Source: Isurus oxyrinchus (Eukaryota). Taken from it: 64,000 nt of DNA. The DNA lies in NCBI GenBank assembly GCA_026770705.1, contig JANJGN010000140.1:620001-684000 (forward strand), in the 5' to 3' direction. Under the pieces are notes generated by a model. That model was not told the origin of the DNA. It made no database searches and saw nothing but the letters and a program-made list of their open reading frames with translations. Numbering within the stretch: the stretch's first letter is position 1; each line of letters begins with the position of its first letter. The position numbers and the translations under genes are program-made. Below are positions 26,000-38,612 of the stretch, one piece after another.

Positions 26000-26082
26000 A
26001 GTTTTTGTGCTGATGTATTTCACTGTGATACTACAGCAGTGGGTCACAATGCTGTGCACAGCGACATCCTCATACAAAAACC
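26000..26082 (+). other. IGHD: DH1 segment (coding 26028-26044) with 5' 12-RSS and 3' 22-RSS
   Basis: AGTTTTTGT-12-CACTGTG / ATACTACAGCAGTGGGT / CACAATG-22-ACAAAAACC. Confidence 0.95.
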
Positions 26083-26388
26083 TCAGAAGGAGTTTATTCA
26101 AATTGGTGATCACAATCACAACAGGAAAAGTCAAAGAAAATGGGAGCTAAATAAAATAAGTGTAAGTAATATTGGTTTGTAAAAATATATATAAGTCTTC
26201 CGCTTTGTTTGTGTTTACAGACACGCTAAATCTTCACAGAGGCTTTTAAAGAACTCCAATCACATTTATAAATATAATGACCAGCACAAGCTGAAATATC
26301 TCACAGATTCACTCAGGCGAGTCAGGATCAGGTTTTTGAGAGTGCAGTGAGATTAAATCTCTGTATTTTACAGTGAACAGTCTGCCGC

Positions 26389-26456
26389 AGTATATGACAT
26401 GGTGTGTCTCACTGTGATATACTGGAGGCACAGCAGTTACTGTCAATACAAAAACC
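26389..26456 (+). other. IGHD: DH2 segment (coding 26417-26428) with 12/12 RSS
   Basis: AGTATATGA (degenerate)-12-CACTGTG / ATATACTGGAGG / CACAGCA-12-ACAAAAACC. Confidence 0.9.
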
Positions 26457-26785
26457 CCTCAGCTCTAATTGAGTCTGCCTGGGTCAGTGCTCGTTTTTAC
26501 AATCCTGCTATGTTTACAATGAAGTATTATTTCTGTCCAGCACTGCCCAAAAAACATGGTTCAAGATGGAAAAGCTGTGATAATTATCCATTCATGAATC
26601 GGTGAATTCAATAACATGTTCATGTGTTATTCTGTTAATTATAAAACATGAGGATCACTGATGAATAGCTAAAGACATCTCCAAACGCAACTATAATTTC
26701 GTGAAGATTCATCGTGAACTCACTTTGCCTCTGACTTATGAATATTTAAAATAATGCTGGATTTCTGTCTTTTTGGTGCAGGGAC

Positions 26786-26824
26786 AGTTATTGTATGGCA
26801 CAGCCCAGGGAATGTAACACTGTG
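26786..26824 (-). other. JH 23-RSS
   Basis: AGTTATTGT - 23 nt - CACTGTG on the + strand. Confidence 0.92.
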
Positions 26825-26872
26825 ACGGGATGGACTACTGGGGGAAAGGGACCATGGTGACGGTGACTGCAG
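26825..26872 (+). CDS. IGHJ: JH segment (GMDYWGKGTMVTVTA)
   Basis: WGxG motif; donor G|GTGAG at 26873. Confidence 0.96.
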
Positions 26873-29800
26873 GTGAGAACCACACATTTATTTAGTAACT
26901 GTTTTATTTGAATCTTTGCTTTTTTTGTCTATTTTAATAATTCATTTAGCCAATGAGACCAGGGTTTGGTGGATTCTGTATGCAGAATTTTTACAATGTT
27001 TCACGTGATTCTGCTGAAATTGAGTTATATAATTCCTCTGTGTCTTGATAAAAAGGTGCTGCTGAGGGATTGAGACCCTGGTTGTTGTGATTTTGTGTTT
27101 ATCTGCTGAGGATACTGTGTGGCCGGGCTACTTGAAATATCTAACGCTTGGAAAAACAGTTTTGACGTTTCTGCAATGTTTAATCTCCGTGACATCTAAT
27201 GGCTGCGGGTTTTACCATCTGTTGCACAAGGGTTTAAATATGTTTGAAATCAAACCCAATATTAACAAAATGTGCTTAAGTTTCAATATTAATTTATTGA
27301 ACATGTTCCGCCTACTCACAATGCTGTTGACATTATTCCATATTTCTGTTTAGTTTAATTATTCATTCATTTGGTGACGAGCGGGTTGTCTGGAATCGAT
27401 ATTGAGATTTTCTTGCAATGTGACATTGGATTCTGTTGGAAGTGTTTGTTCAATTGAGCTGCTTTTCCATGAAACGTGTTTCAGTTCCTCAGTGATGTGA
27501 TTTGGTGTTTTTATGCTGAGGAGATTGTGTGTCTGGGTGCCTTTGAATTAGTAAAATTTATGAAACGGTTTGGCGTTTCTGCATTGTTTCTGCTTTGTTT
27601 AAACTCGGTGACATTGAGCGGTTACACGTTTTGCGCGGTTACACGTTTTGCGATTGAATTGAAGCAGCCTCCGTAGTTGTATCTGCTTGAAGCGCGCGAT
27701 TGTAGGCAGAAAACAAACAGGCTTCAGAAATGGGCAAAAAAACATTTACAGATGTGTTAGAACATTTTGTCTTTATTTTAAGTGATAATTGCAGAATAAA
27801 CTAAACCATGGATTATGACGCTCATTCAGACCATAATTCGTTACTGCAATCAGAAACTATACAATTACCAAGTTTTCAAATTGTAGAGTAAAATTAATAC
27901 AATTATATTGTGGTAATATTTCTCCATATTGACGGAACAGCTTTCATAATTGATCATTAATCGTCTTTCACAATTCTGCCCTCTCTGCGCACAATTAACA
28001 TGATCGGGAAAGTTTTTAGGATGGGAACATTTTGTGATTATGCATGAAAAAAATTCAGTAGGAATATACTGACTCTACAGAATTGTTCAGTTTCAAAAGA
28101 GATTTTGAATTACTTTTTTTATGTCCATGATAACATTTGCATTGGCTTAAAGAAGAGTTTGACATTTCAGTTTGGCAATATGTCTATTCGGTTATCACAT
28201 CCTTTCTGTGCAGCCATAACCATATCATTCCTTCAATGTCATTGGGATTTGGAAAGCGAGATAATTGACACTGATCTAATTTTAAACAGTTTACTGGGGG
28301 GTATAATTCGCTGGCAGTAAAGGAATTGTTCTTACATTTTTTGAACTGTAGGAAGGTGCAGACTGCTATAAATGGAGATTGACAAGTAAAAGCTTGAAAT
28401 TCGAACAGATTAATTTAGTTGCAAACATCAGTATTAGTTTTGAACTTAATAACAACATCCTGTCTCCCATTGCTATGCTGTACACAGAATAGAATTACAG
28501 GAGAAGAACAGATTATATCTAAGATTCATGCTTAATTCTTAAATATTAAATTGAAGAACAAAATCTGGAATCAATTTGCCGGTTATATTTCAGTGGTGCA
28601 GATGATCTGAATGAATTGTTCTCATCAAGTTTTATACTGATCAATTTGGACCTTCTTTCTGTGAACAATATATTTAACAATTAAATTATAGGGATTGTTA
28701 TCTAAGAAGCAATTTAATTGATAAAAAGTAACTGCCAGGAACATTTGTTTACATATAGCTTGGAGTTAAGACAAGTTTAATTCAGCAGTCAGATGATATT
28801 ACACCTCATCAATAGTTAATGCGATGTGACCCCGGTCAGATTTGAAAGTGTTTCAAATATTCAACTCATAAATTCATCGTGTGAATTACTCGATGAGAAT
28901 AGATGGAATTTATGATTTCTCAATCCGTTCAGAAATGCATAGTTGACAATTATTTCCATTAACACAGAGCAGGAGAAGTAAAAATAAAGTAATAAATATT
29001 GATCAGATTTAAGTAAAATTGATATACTTGCCTGAATGTTACCATCTAATAATTTGAAGTTTATTGTTTAACATTGTTTCAGTGTCAGGTTGATTTAAAT
29101 AAACCTCAATTATTTCACAAAGTGCCAAGGAGAAACACATTTTCAATCATTGAAAACTATTTTTATTATAAAGTAGAAATCAGCTAACAAGAAAATGAAT
29201 TGGCAATAACAAGATAATTAACTTATAATATAATATTAGAGATAATTAATTCAACATAAATGAAATCCAACAATTAAATAGTATTATAATGAATGCAAAA
29301 TCTCAAAGGGTGGAGAGAATTTTGAATTGTATCTAAAATGAATTTCGGAAAGAATACTTTCTTACTCAGCTGTGCTCAGCTCGATAAGGTGTTTCACCTC
29401 GATGTTTTTATTGTTTATATTTATGCCTAAAATCAAATGAAATCAGTGGGTAATCGGTTTTCAATGTGAATGTTTCCTGATTTGTTTAATTCTTACCCCG
29501 TCATTGAGTCTTTATTACAGACAACCAATTATCCTGAATCTGTCGTATTTGCTGTGCTCATTTTCAGGGTAACTTAAATCATACATTGTTTGGAGATTTG
29601 AGTCAGATGGAGAATTAGATGGACTTCAAAGGGAGTTTTGAAATGAAAATTATTTTTCAATTCAAAGAAGTCATAGAATAATTGTTGCAAATTGACCATT
29701 GATCAATTAGAATCAAACAGCTTGAATGAAATGGACAGATTGAACAGATCTATCTGCTGGAAACTTTGTGTCTGTTCTGTTTCTGTACACGTGGTCACTG

Positions 29801-31409
29801 TGCTGGGACCAGGAATCTTCCTGACTGGTTGTTAACCTTCTGGTTCACTCTCCTGTATTTCAGGAAGTGCAGTTTGATTTATCTCTTCACAAAACTTGTA
29901 GGAATGTGAAAGTTTGGCTTTTTGACCAGGCGCCTCAGAAATGAGATGCCCAACCCATTGTGACAGTCAGAAAGGACAATTCAGAGAAGACAGACAGACT
30001 GTTGAAGGAGATTTGGTCGATTTTAAGCCAGTGATGTATCTGACTTGGGAGTGTTCGGTTAGGCAATGCAGAGAGAGTTTTATCTTATTTTAATCCGTGC
30101 TGTAGCAGTCCTTGACATATTTGGTTGGACAATGCGGAGGAAGAAATTACTCTGTATCTTATTTTAATCCTATTATAGGATGTTGGGGTCGCTGGCAAGG
30201 CCAGCATTTGTTGCCCATCCTAATTGCCCATCCTTGAGGAAGTGTTGAAATGCCACCTCCTTGAATAGCTGCAGGTTCACTCACAGTTCTGTTAGATCGG
30301 GAGTTCCAGGATTTTGACCCATTGACAGTGAAGGAACAGTGATATAGTTCCAAGTCAGGATGTTCAGTGTCCTGGAGAGGAACATACAGGTGGCCGTGCT
30401 TCCAAGCATCTGCTGCTCTTGTCCTTCCAGTTAGGAGAGGTTCCGGGTTTTGAAGGAGCCTTGGCGAGTTGCTGCATTGCATCTTGTATACTCGGGGTTT
30501 TTTGAAGTTTCACATATTGAGGCAAGTGGGAATCATTCAATCCCAGTCCTGACTTGTGCTTTGTAGACGGTCAGTTTTCTTTGGGCGATAGGTGTTGAAT
30601 TACTCGCCACAGAGTTCCCAGCCTCTGACCGGCTCCTGCACCACAGCATTGATATCAAAACCGGATTGAACCCTCTCCTGGGCAGATTTGATAGGACAAT
30701 GTAGACAGCGTTTTATTTTATATCAAACCAGTGCTGTACTTGACCCGGAGTGTTTGACAGTTCAGTGCAGAGTTGACTTTGTGATGAATCCCACCCTTGG
30801 AGCCGATGACAGGAGTGTACTGGGGGAAGAGTGGGGGCTTTAATCCATATCTTAACTTGTCCTGTTCCTTACCTGAGAGCCTTTTCCCCGCAGAGGTCAA
30901 AGAAACTGAATCAGCATCGAACTAACTGGTTGTGGGTTCTCAAGCCAGATCTGTGAATATAAATTGTTCCATTGCTCGGTTGAAATGACGCATGTTAATT
31001 GTTTTTAAGAATATTTCTGCAGTGAACATGTATAAATTTTAATAAATTAATTATGCTGAAGCATTTTAAGTATCAGAAAATCATTGAACGTGAGTGACCT
31101 GAACTTGAGCACAATTTCAAAGCAAACAGAATCAGGAAGTGACAGTGAGGCTCCAGAGAGCAGCATCTGTTCTGATCTGATCAGAGGTTGCGAGTTATTT
31201 AAATCGCTGAAGTGAACATTGACCAGGCTCCCACTCCAAATAACCAGCCACGGGGGATTTGGGGAAAAGGACCCGCCATCAAAAACTGAGTCATTGGATT
31301 GCCGCCTGCAGGAGGAGGAATGAATGACAGAAATGAGAGCATGAGGAGGACATTCGGCTCTTCGATCCTGCCCTCCATTCAGTCAAATCATGGCTGATCT
31401 ACCTCGACA

Positions 31410-32012
31410 CTCAGTCTCTTTACCACACACCCTCACTCGCTCACTCTCGCTGTCACACACGCTCTCTCTCACATACGTGCACACACACTCTCATGCACTC
31501 TCTCTCTGACAGACATACACTCTCTCTTTCTCTCTCTGTCACACACACTCACATTCTCTCTCACACACACAAAGTCCCTTTAACATGCGCACTCTGTCTC
31601 TCACACATTGCCTCTCCCTTTCACACATACTTTCACACAGACACACATTCTCTCATACACATACTCTCTCAACTGTGCACACATATACACACTCTCTCCC
31701 TCACACATACATGCACCCTTTCTTTCTCACACATGCACTCTCACACATGCATTCTGTCTCTCTCTCACACACACACACACATTCTCTCTATCTTTTATGC
31801 ACACCCACTCTCTCGTTCTCACATACGTGCACCCTCTCTCCCACACACATACACTCTCTCAATTCTCCCCCTCTCTTACACACAGACATATAACACTCTC
31901 TCTCACACACACATCCTCATTCACTCTCTCTCTCACGCACACAGAATCAGAAACATATTCCCTTTCTCACACACAGACACTGTTCCTCTCACACACCGAT
32001 GCTCTCTCTGTC

Positions 32013-32046
<34 letters not shown>

Positions 32047-32294
32047 CCACATACTGGGTCTCTCTTTCACACACTTTTTCTCTCCCACACACACGCTCTC
32101 TCTCTCACACACTTATACTACCTATCACTCACACCCCTACACACACTCTCTCTCTCTCACGCACACACAAACACAGTCGCTCTCTCTCACACACATGCTC
32201 CCTCTTTCACACACACACATTTCTCTATCTCAGACACTCTCACACTTATACTCCCTATGAAACTCTCCCTCTCTCAAACACACTCACAAGTACA
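31410..32294. repeat. (CA)/(CT) low-complexity microsatellite running into the assembly gap
   Basis: Degenerate cacactctctc runs. Confidence 0.9.
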
Positions 32295-32465
32295 NNNNNN
32301 NNNNNNNNNNNNNNNNNNNNNNNNNNNNNNNNNNNNNNNNNNNNNNNNNNNNNNNNNNNNNNNNNNNNNNNNNNNNNNNNNNNNNNNNNNNNNNNNNNNN
32401 NNNNNNNNNNNNNNNNNNNNNNNNNNNNNNNNNNNNNNNNNNNNNNNNNNNNNNNNNNNNNNNNN
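32295..32465. other. Assembly gap (N run) inside the JH-CH1 intron
   Basis: Run of n. Confidence 0.99.
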
Positions 32466-32858
32466 GCTGAAAATGCTAATTTCAGAAAGAAAATCCGTTA
32501 AGCTGCAGGCATATTTATTGTTCCATTTCTGATGTCTTTTAGTGCAAAATGAAATTACACAGTTGACATCACTATATGTGTGGAGAATTTCCAAGTGTTG
32601 AACCAAACACAAAGAAACAAGAAAAAGGGAGGGATGTGACAGAGACCACGGCCGCCTGGATCCCCAACACTGGTGCACACCTGGTGCAAGATGCCTGCAT
32701 GGCCCTTTCTGGTTTTGCTGTAACCTTCCCCTCCAGCCCCCTCAGTCTGCCTATTTGTGCACTGACACGGGTTTCTCAAAGAAAGGAATCGGCAGCTGGT
32801 CAGCGATCTACACTGCTGCCTGACTTTACACAGCCAGTGTTACTGAAAGCTGATCAAT

Positions 32859-33026
32859 ATGGAGAATGATGACAGGATCAATGGAGAGGAAGAGGAGGAG
32901 GTGGAGGTGGTGGAGCCGAATGGAGGAGCCCCCAGCTCGGCTGTGGACAACAGGCAACGGAAAGCTGAGCCGGAGCAGAAAATCATCTGGAGAAACATTG
33001 TCTTGATGAGCCTGCAGCACCAGGGC
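32859..33026 (+). pseudogene. Stearoyl-CoA desaturase (SCD5-like) N-terminal exon fragment
   Basis: MENDDR..EQKIIWRNIVLMSLQHQG resembles the SCD-family IVWRNVVLMSLLHLG motif; it breaks off into CACT repeats. Confidence 0.65.
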
Positions 33027-33029
33027 AAC

Positions 33030-33560
33030 CTCACTACCCACAATCACTCACCTCACCTCACTCACTCACTCTCGCTCACACTCACTCACCCTCACTCACA
33101 CTCACTCACTCACCCTCACTCACCCACCCTCACTCACTCACCTTCACTCAATCTCACTCCCTCACCTATCCTGACTCACCCTCACCCACTCACCCAGCTT
33201 CACTCACCCTCATTCACTCACCATCAATTACTTTAACCTTCACTCACTCACCCTCACTCACTCACCCTCACTCATCCTCCCATCCTCACTCACCTCCCTT
33301 CACTGACACTCAATAACTCATCCACCCACCCTCACACACCCACACACCCTCACTCGCATACCCACCCTCACATACCCACCAACCCTCACTCAGCCACTCG
33401 ACTACCCTCATTCAATCACCCACCATCACTCACCCACATTCAGACACCCACCCACGCCCACTCACCACCCACCCTCACTCACACCTTCACTCACCCACGC
33501 ACCCTCACCCACTCAGCCACCTGCCCTCACTCTGTCACTCAGCCACCCTCACTTTTTCAA
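33030..33560. repeat. CACT/CACC low-complexity repeat
   Basis: ctcactcaccctcactca-type units. Confidence 0.85.
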
Positions 33561-33704
33561 TCATGCAGACGCTCACTCACTCGATCACTTTTCATAAATC
33601 GGTGTGTGGGAGGGCGGGAACTGCGGGGAAGAGTGACCTGGAAGCGAGGCTTGAGGCCTAGTAGTGCCGGAAAGTGGAGCAGGCTGAAGGGAGTGATGAG
33701 CTTC

Positions 33705-35405
33705 GTTAAAAAGGGCAGGGAGGCGGGGGGGAAGGCTCGGAGAGCCTGGGGGAAAGGGCAGGGAGGCGGGGGGAAAGCTCGGAGAGCCTGGGAGAAAGGG
33801 CAGGGAGGCGGTGGAAATGGCAGAAAGGCGGGGGAGAAAGGACATAGAGGCAGGGGAGGGGGAAAGGGCATAGAGGTGGGGCGAGGAAAGGGCAGAGAGG
33901 AGAGAGGGGAGAACGGTGGTAGGGGGAAAGGGCAGAGAGGTGCATGGGGGAAAGGGCAGAGAGGTGCATGGCGGAAAGGGCAGAGAGGCAGGGGGGAATG
34001 GGCAGAGAGGGCGGGTGGGAAAGGGCAGAGAGGCGGGTGGAGGAAAGGGCAGAGAGGTGGGAGGGCAGAGAGGTGACAGAAAAGGCAGATAGGCGATGGA
34101 AAGATCAGCGATCCAGGGAACAGGCAGAGAACAAGTGGGAAATGTCAGAGAGCCGGGCAAAAGCACAGGGAGCCGTGCAGTAAGTGCAGAGAGCTGGACG
34201 AGAAAAGGCAGAGAAGTGGGCGGGAAGGGCAGAGAGGAGGCAGGGCAGAGAGGCAGAGGTGGGGAGGACCGAGAAGAGGGTAGCAGAGAGCCAGAAGGGG
34301 GAAAGGGCAGAGAGGCAGAGGGGGGAAGGGCAGAGAGGTGACGGAAAGGGCAGAGAGACGAGGTGGTAAGGGCAGAGAGGCGGGGGGCAATGGCAGAGAG
34401 GCGGGGTGTAAGGGCAGAGAGGCGGGGGGGTAAGGGCAGAGAGGTGGGAGGTAAGGGCAGAGAGGCGGGGGTTAAGGGCAGAGAGGCAGGAGGGAGAAAG
34501 AGCACAGAGGTGGGAGGGGAAAATGGCAGAGGGGCGGGTGGGGGAAAGGGCAGGGAGGTGGGAGGGCAAGAAAGGGCAGAGAGGCAGAGGATGGAAAGGG
34601 CAGCGAGACGGGCGAATGGGCAAAGAACCAGTGGAAAAGGTCAGAGAGCCAGAAGAAAACAGAGAGCAGTGGAGTGCGCGTAGAAAGCTGGGGGAGAAAG
34701 GGCAGAGAGGTGACGGATAAAGGTCAGAGAGGCGGGAGGTAAGGGCAGAGAGGCAGGAGGGGGAAAGAGCAGAGCGGCAGTGCGTGTAAGGGCAGAGAGG
34801 CAAGAGTGGGAATAGGCAGAGAGGTGGCGGGGGGAAGGGCAGAGAGGAGGGGGGAAAGGGCGCAGATGCAAGGGGGGAAAAGGGTAGAGAGGCAGGAGGG
34901 AAAGGGAAGAGAGGAGGGGGGAATGGGCACAGAAGCAGGAGTGGGAAAGGGCAGGGAGGTGGGGGTGAAGGGCAGAGCGATGGGTGGGGAAGGGCAGAGC
35001 AGCAATACAGAGAAGCAGGGGTGGAATGTGCAGAGAGGTGGGAGGGGGAAAGGGCAGAGCGGCGGGAGGGGGAAAGGGCAGAGAGGTGGGTGGGGGAAAG
35101 GGCAGGGAGGCGGGAGAGTGGAGAGGCAGAGGGGGGAAAGGGCAGAGGGGTGGGAGAGGGAAAGGGCACAGAGGCAGGAGGGGGAAAGGGCAGAGAGGCG
35201 GGTGGGGGAAAGGGCAGAGAGGCGGGAGGGGGAAAGGGCAGAGAGGCGGGTGGGGGAAAGGGCAGAGAGGCGGGAGGGGGAAAGGGCAGAGAGGCGGGTG
35301 GGGGAAAGGGCACAGAGGCAGGAGGGGGAAAGGGCAGAGAGGCGGGTGGGGGAAAGGGCAGAGAGGCGGGAGAGCAGAGAGGCAGAGGGGGGAAAGGCTG
35401 AGAGC
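33705..35405 (+). repeat. G/purine-rich ~24-bp tandem repeat in the JH-CH1 intron
   Basis: Unit AAAGGGCAGAGAGGCGGG(A/T)GGGGG; period of 24 checked at 35161/35185; strongly G/A-skewed on the + strand. Confidence 0.92.
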
Positions 35406-35859
35406 CAGTTTATAGCGGGCAGAGCCGGGCGGAAGCAGTTGTGAGTGGAGGCATCAGATGCCCTGGGCACCACTCTATCTCTCTCCCTCTCTCCTTCGTT
35501 GTCTCTCCCCCTTCCTGAAATCCTTTCCATTCCCAGAGAAAGGCACTCAGTGCCGGGGATAGAAGGGAGATAATGTCTCTGTGCGCTTCCCCCCTGGCTC
35601 CCTGCACCTTTCTCCAGCGGGTGTTCGCTGCCTCTCCAATCACAAACCTGTTTGTCTCCCATTTTTACTGCTAATCAGCCTATCAGCAGCTAACGGGGTA
35701 GAAGGCCAGCCTGTGAATGGAGGAGCTGCTCCTCACTGAAATCTTCAATTCCACTTACCCGCCTTACCAGCATTTTGAACAACGGCTCCGGGGGCCATAT
35801 AGAGGGGCTTCGGGGGGGGCACAGTCCAGCCACGTGACATGGATTGGAAAAGCCCATAA

Positions 35860-37440
35860 TAATGGCAAATAAGGAAATGGCCAGAGAAGTTGGACAAATA
35901 TTTTGGCCTTAATGAGGTGGTTACTAAAATAGCAGAGGCATTGGTTTTAATTTTCCAAACTTCCCTAGATTCTGGAAAGGTCTGATCAGATTGGAAAATA
36001 GAGAATGAGGCTTTTATATTAAATAAAGGAGGGAAAGGGAAAGCAAGAACCTGCAGGCCAGTTAACTTAACATCTGTCCGAGCAAAAATGCTGGAATCGA
36101 TTATTAAGGAATCTATTACGGGTCACTTAGAAAATTCAAATGCAATTATGCAAACCCATCATGATTTTGTGAAAGGAAACTCATGTCTGGCTGACTTATT
36201 TGAGGCCTCTAGAGGAAGTAACAAGGAACATGAATAAAGGAGAACCTGTGGGTGCGCTGTATTTGGGCTTCCAGAAGGCATTTGACAAAGTGGCACATCA
36301 AAGATTACTGCACAAAATAATGGTGTCAGCAGTAACATTTTAGGCATGAGTAGATGTTTGGTTAGCTAACAAGAAACAGAGAGCAGGGATAAATTGGTTA
36401 TTTTAGGTTGGCAAGATGTGACAAGTGGAGTGCCAGAGGGATCAATCCTGTGGCCTCAACTATTTACAATTCATATCAATGACTTAAATGAAAGGGCTGA
36501 ATGAATTTGCTAAATTTGCTGATGACACAAAGACAGATAGGGAAGTAAATGGTGAAAAGGGGATAAAGGGTCAGCAAAGGGATATCGATAGGTTCAGTGA
36601 GTGGGTAAAAAAATGACAGATGGAGTATAATGTGGCAAAATATAAACTTGTTCACTTTGGCAGGAAGAATACAAAAGCAGCATATTATTGAAAAGGAGAG
36701 AGATTGCAGAACCCTGAGGTACAGAGGAATGTGGATCCCTTGGCGCATGAACCACAAAAAGTTATAATGCAGGAACAGCAAGTGATGAGGAAGGCAAAGG
36801 GAATGTTGGCATTTATTACAAGTGGAATAGAATATAAAAGTAAAGATGTTTTGCTACAGTTTAATAGGGCATTGATAAGACCTTGTCTGAATTACTGTGT
36901 ACATATTTGGTCTTCTTTAAGAAAGGATATAAAAGCATTAGAAGCTGTTCAGAGAATGTTCGTTCAAATGATACTGGGAGGTGTCATCGGATCTCTCATG
37001 AGGGAAGTTTGGATAGGCTGGGCCTGTATCCATCAGAGTTTAGAAGAATGAGAGCTGATTTTATTGAAACATATTAGATCCTGAGGGAAATTGACAGGGT
37101 GGAAGCTGAAAGGATGTTTCCCCTTGTGAGAGAGACTAACGATAGGGAACACGGTTTAAAAATAAGAGGTCTCTCATTTCAGACGGAAATGAGGAGATTT
37201 TATTTTTCTCTCAAAGGGTCGTGAAACTTTGGAACTCCCTTCCCCGGAGAGCGATGGAGGAGAAGTCATTAATATTTCAAGGCAGAGGTAGAGAGATTCT
37301 TCATTGACAAGGGAGTCAAAGGTTAGTGGAGAGTTGGAGGGAACGTGGAGTTCACGCCACAATCAGATCAGCTATGACCGGAGTGAATGGTGGAGGAGGC
37401 CCCAGAGGCCGAATGGCTACTACTGATCCGCATGTTCACA
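35860..37440 (+). mobile_element. Degenerate CR1 LINE
   Basis: KFADDTK-like DNA at ~36510; RKAKGMLAFITSGIEYKSKDVLLQ..ALIRPCLNYCV. Confidence 0.85.
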
Positions 37441-37814
37441 TGTACATACAATTGGATACTGTCGTACTAACTGTTACTGGTATTCAATTTAGAGTTCTAT
37501 GGTCATTATATAGGTACCATTACAAAGGTATTTTCGAAGGGCCGTTGATATTCTTTGTTTTGGGGGACGTGGAGAGGGGAGGGGCCTTCCAGAAATTGGA
37601 TAGAAGAGGAAGAAGAGGTGTGGGTTTCGAAAGAGGGAACCGACAGGTGAGGGTCACCAAATGATGGAAATAATAAATGATCAAATGTAGGTGTGGGTTT
37701 TAGTTGGAATATACTTGGATATGTTTATACTAATCGTCAATTTTTGAGTTGTTTGCTTACTTAATGATCACAAATCACAGAGTCTAACGTGTTCGATCGG
37801 CCATTCTTTCCCAG

Positions 37815-38111
37815 CGACACCGTCTTCGCCCACTCTCTACAGCCTGGTCTCCTCCTGTCAGCAACACAACACCGACGGCTCCATCACCTACGGCTGTTTG
37901 GCGATGGATTACTCCCCAGAAATCACCAGCCTGATCTGGAAGAAAGATGGGCAGCAGATCACCACTGGATTTCAGACATACCCGTCAGTGAGAAACCAGA
38001 AGGGAACGTTCACCCTGAGCAGCCAGTTAACCATCACCGAGTCAGAGGGGGGATGCGATATCAACTGTGAGGTTCGACACAGCGGCTCAGACAAGAGCAT
38101 TGAAATGCCAT
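37815..38111 (+). CDS. IGHM: IgM CH1 exon
   Basis: cccag|CG; (A)[60 protein letters not shown]; donor T|GTAAG; phase 1. Confidence 0.95.
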
Positions 38112-38324
38112 GTAAGTGTTGGGGAACCTCTGAGAAACAGAAAGGCTGTGACTAACCTGTATGGGGCCTTGGTTGTAACGCATTTATAGTGCTCTGCATA
38201 GTTTTGATCCCTGAAAAATTCAGGTTATTGTCTGTTAACGGAAAAAGCCTGTTAAAATATAGGACTTCATTGTATCTGTTATCAATTTCTTCTGCAAGAA
38301 ATGTTTAACCTGTGTTTTTTGAAG

Positions 38325-38612
38325 GTACTGACATCCACCCTCCAGCTGTTCTCCTAACCGTAAGTTGCCGGGAAGATACCGTAGTCTGTTCAATCATCGA
38401 TTTCCGTCCAAAGCCAATCACCGTGAAGTGGCTGAAGAATGGACAACACATGAGTTCAGGAATTGTCACCTCTCCCGCCTTTGAAATGAACGGGAACTTC
38501 TCGGCGACCAGTCGGCTGAAAGTCTCTGCTGGGGAATTGCTCACCGGCGCGGTCTATAACTGTCAGGTCACTCATCAAGGGGTCACCCTAAGTCGAAACA
38601 CCACCGGGTCTG
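38325..38612 (+). CDS. IGHM: IgM CH2 exon (short A-B loop)
   Basis: gaag|GT; (C)[58 protein letters not shown]; donor G|GTATG. Confidence 0.92.

Noticed and set aside
25304-26872. Germline-joined V(D)J or IgM1gj identity
   Set aside because: V, D1, D2 and J are separate, each with RSSs, and CH2 is present.
32295-32465. Treating V-D-D-J and C-mu as certainly one cluster
   Set aside because: Not fully provable: an N gap lies between them. Orientation, splice phase and the ~11-kb intron are consistent, so it is kept as likely, but the link from VH to the TCR segments depends on this join.
31493-35662. Long His/Thr/Ser-rich and Pro/Gly/Arg-rich ORFs
   Set aside because: Open in several frames and on both strands because of low-complexity repeats.
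38360-38365. Consensus donor GTAAGT inside CH2 that could make a hinge-like mini-exon
   Set aside because: It is phase 0 while CH3 is phase 1, so its use would frameshift; there is no evidence of use.
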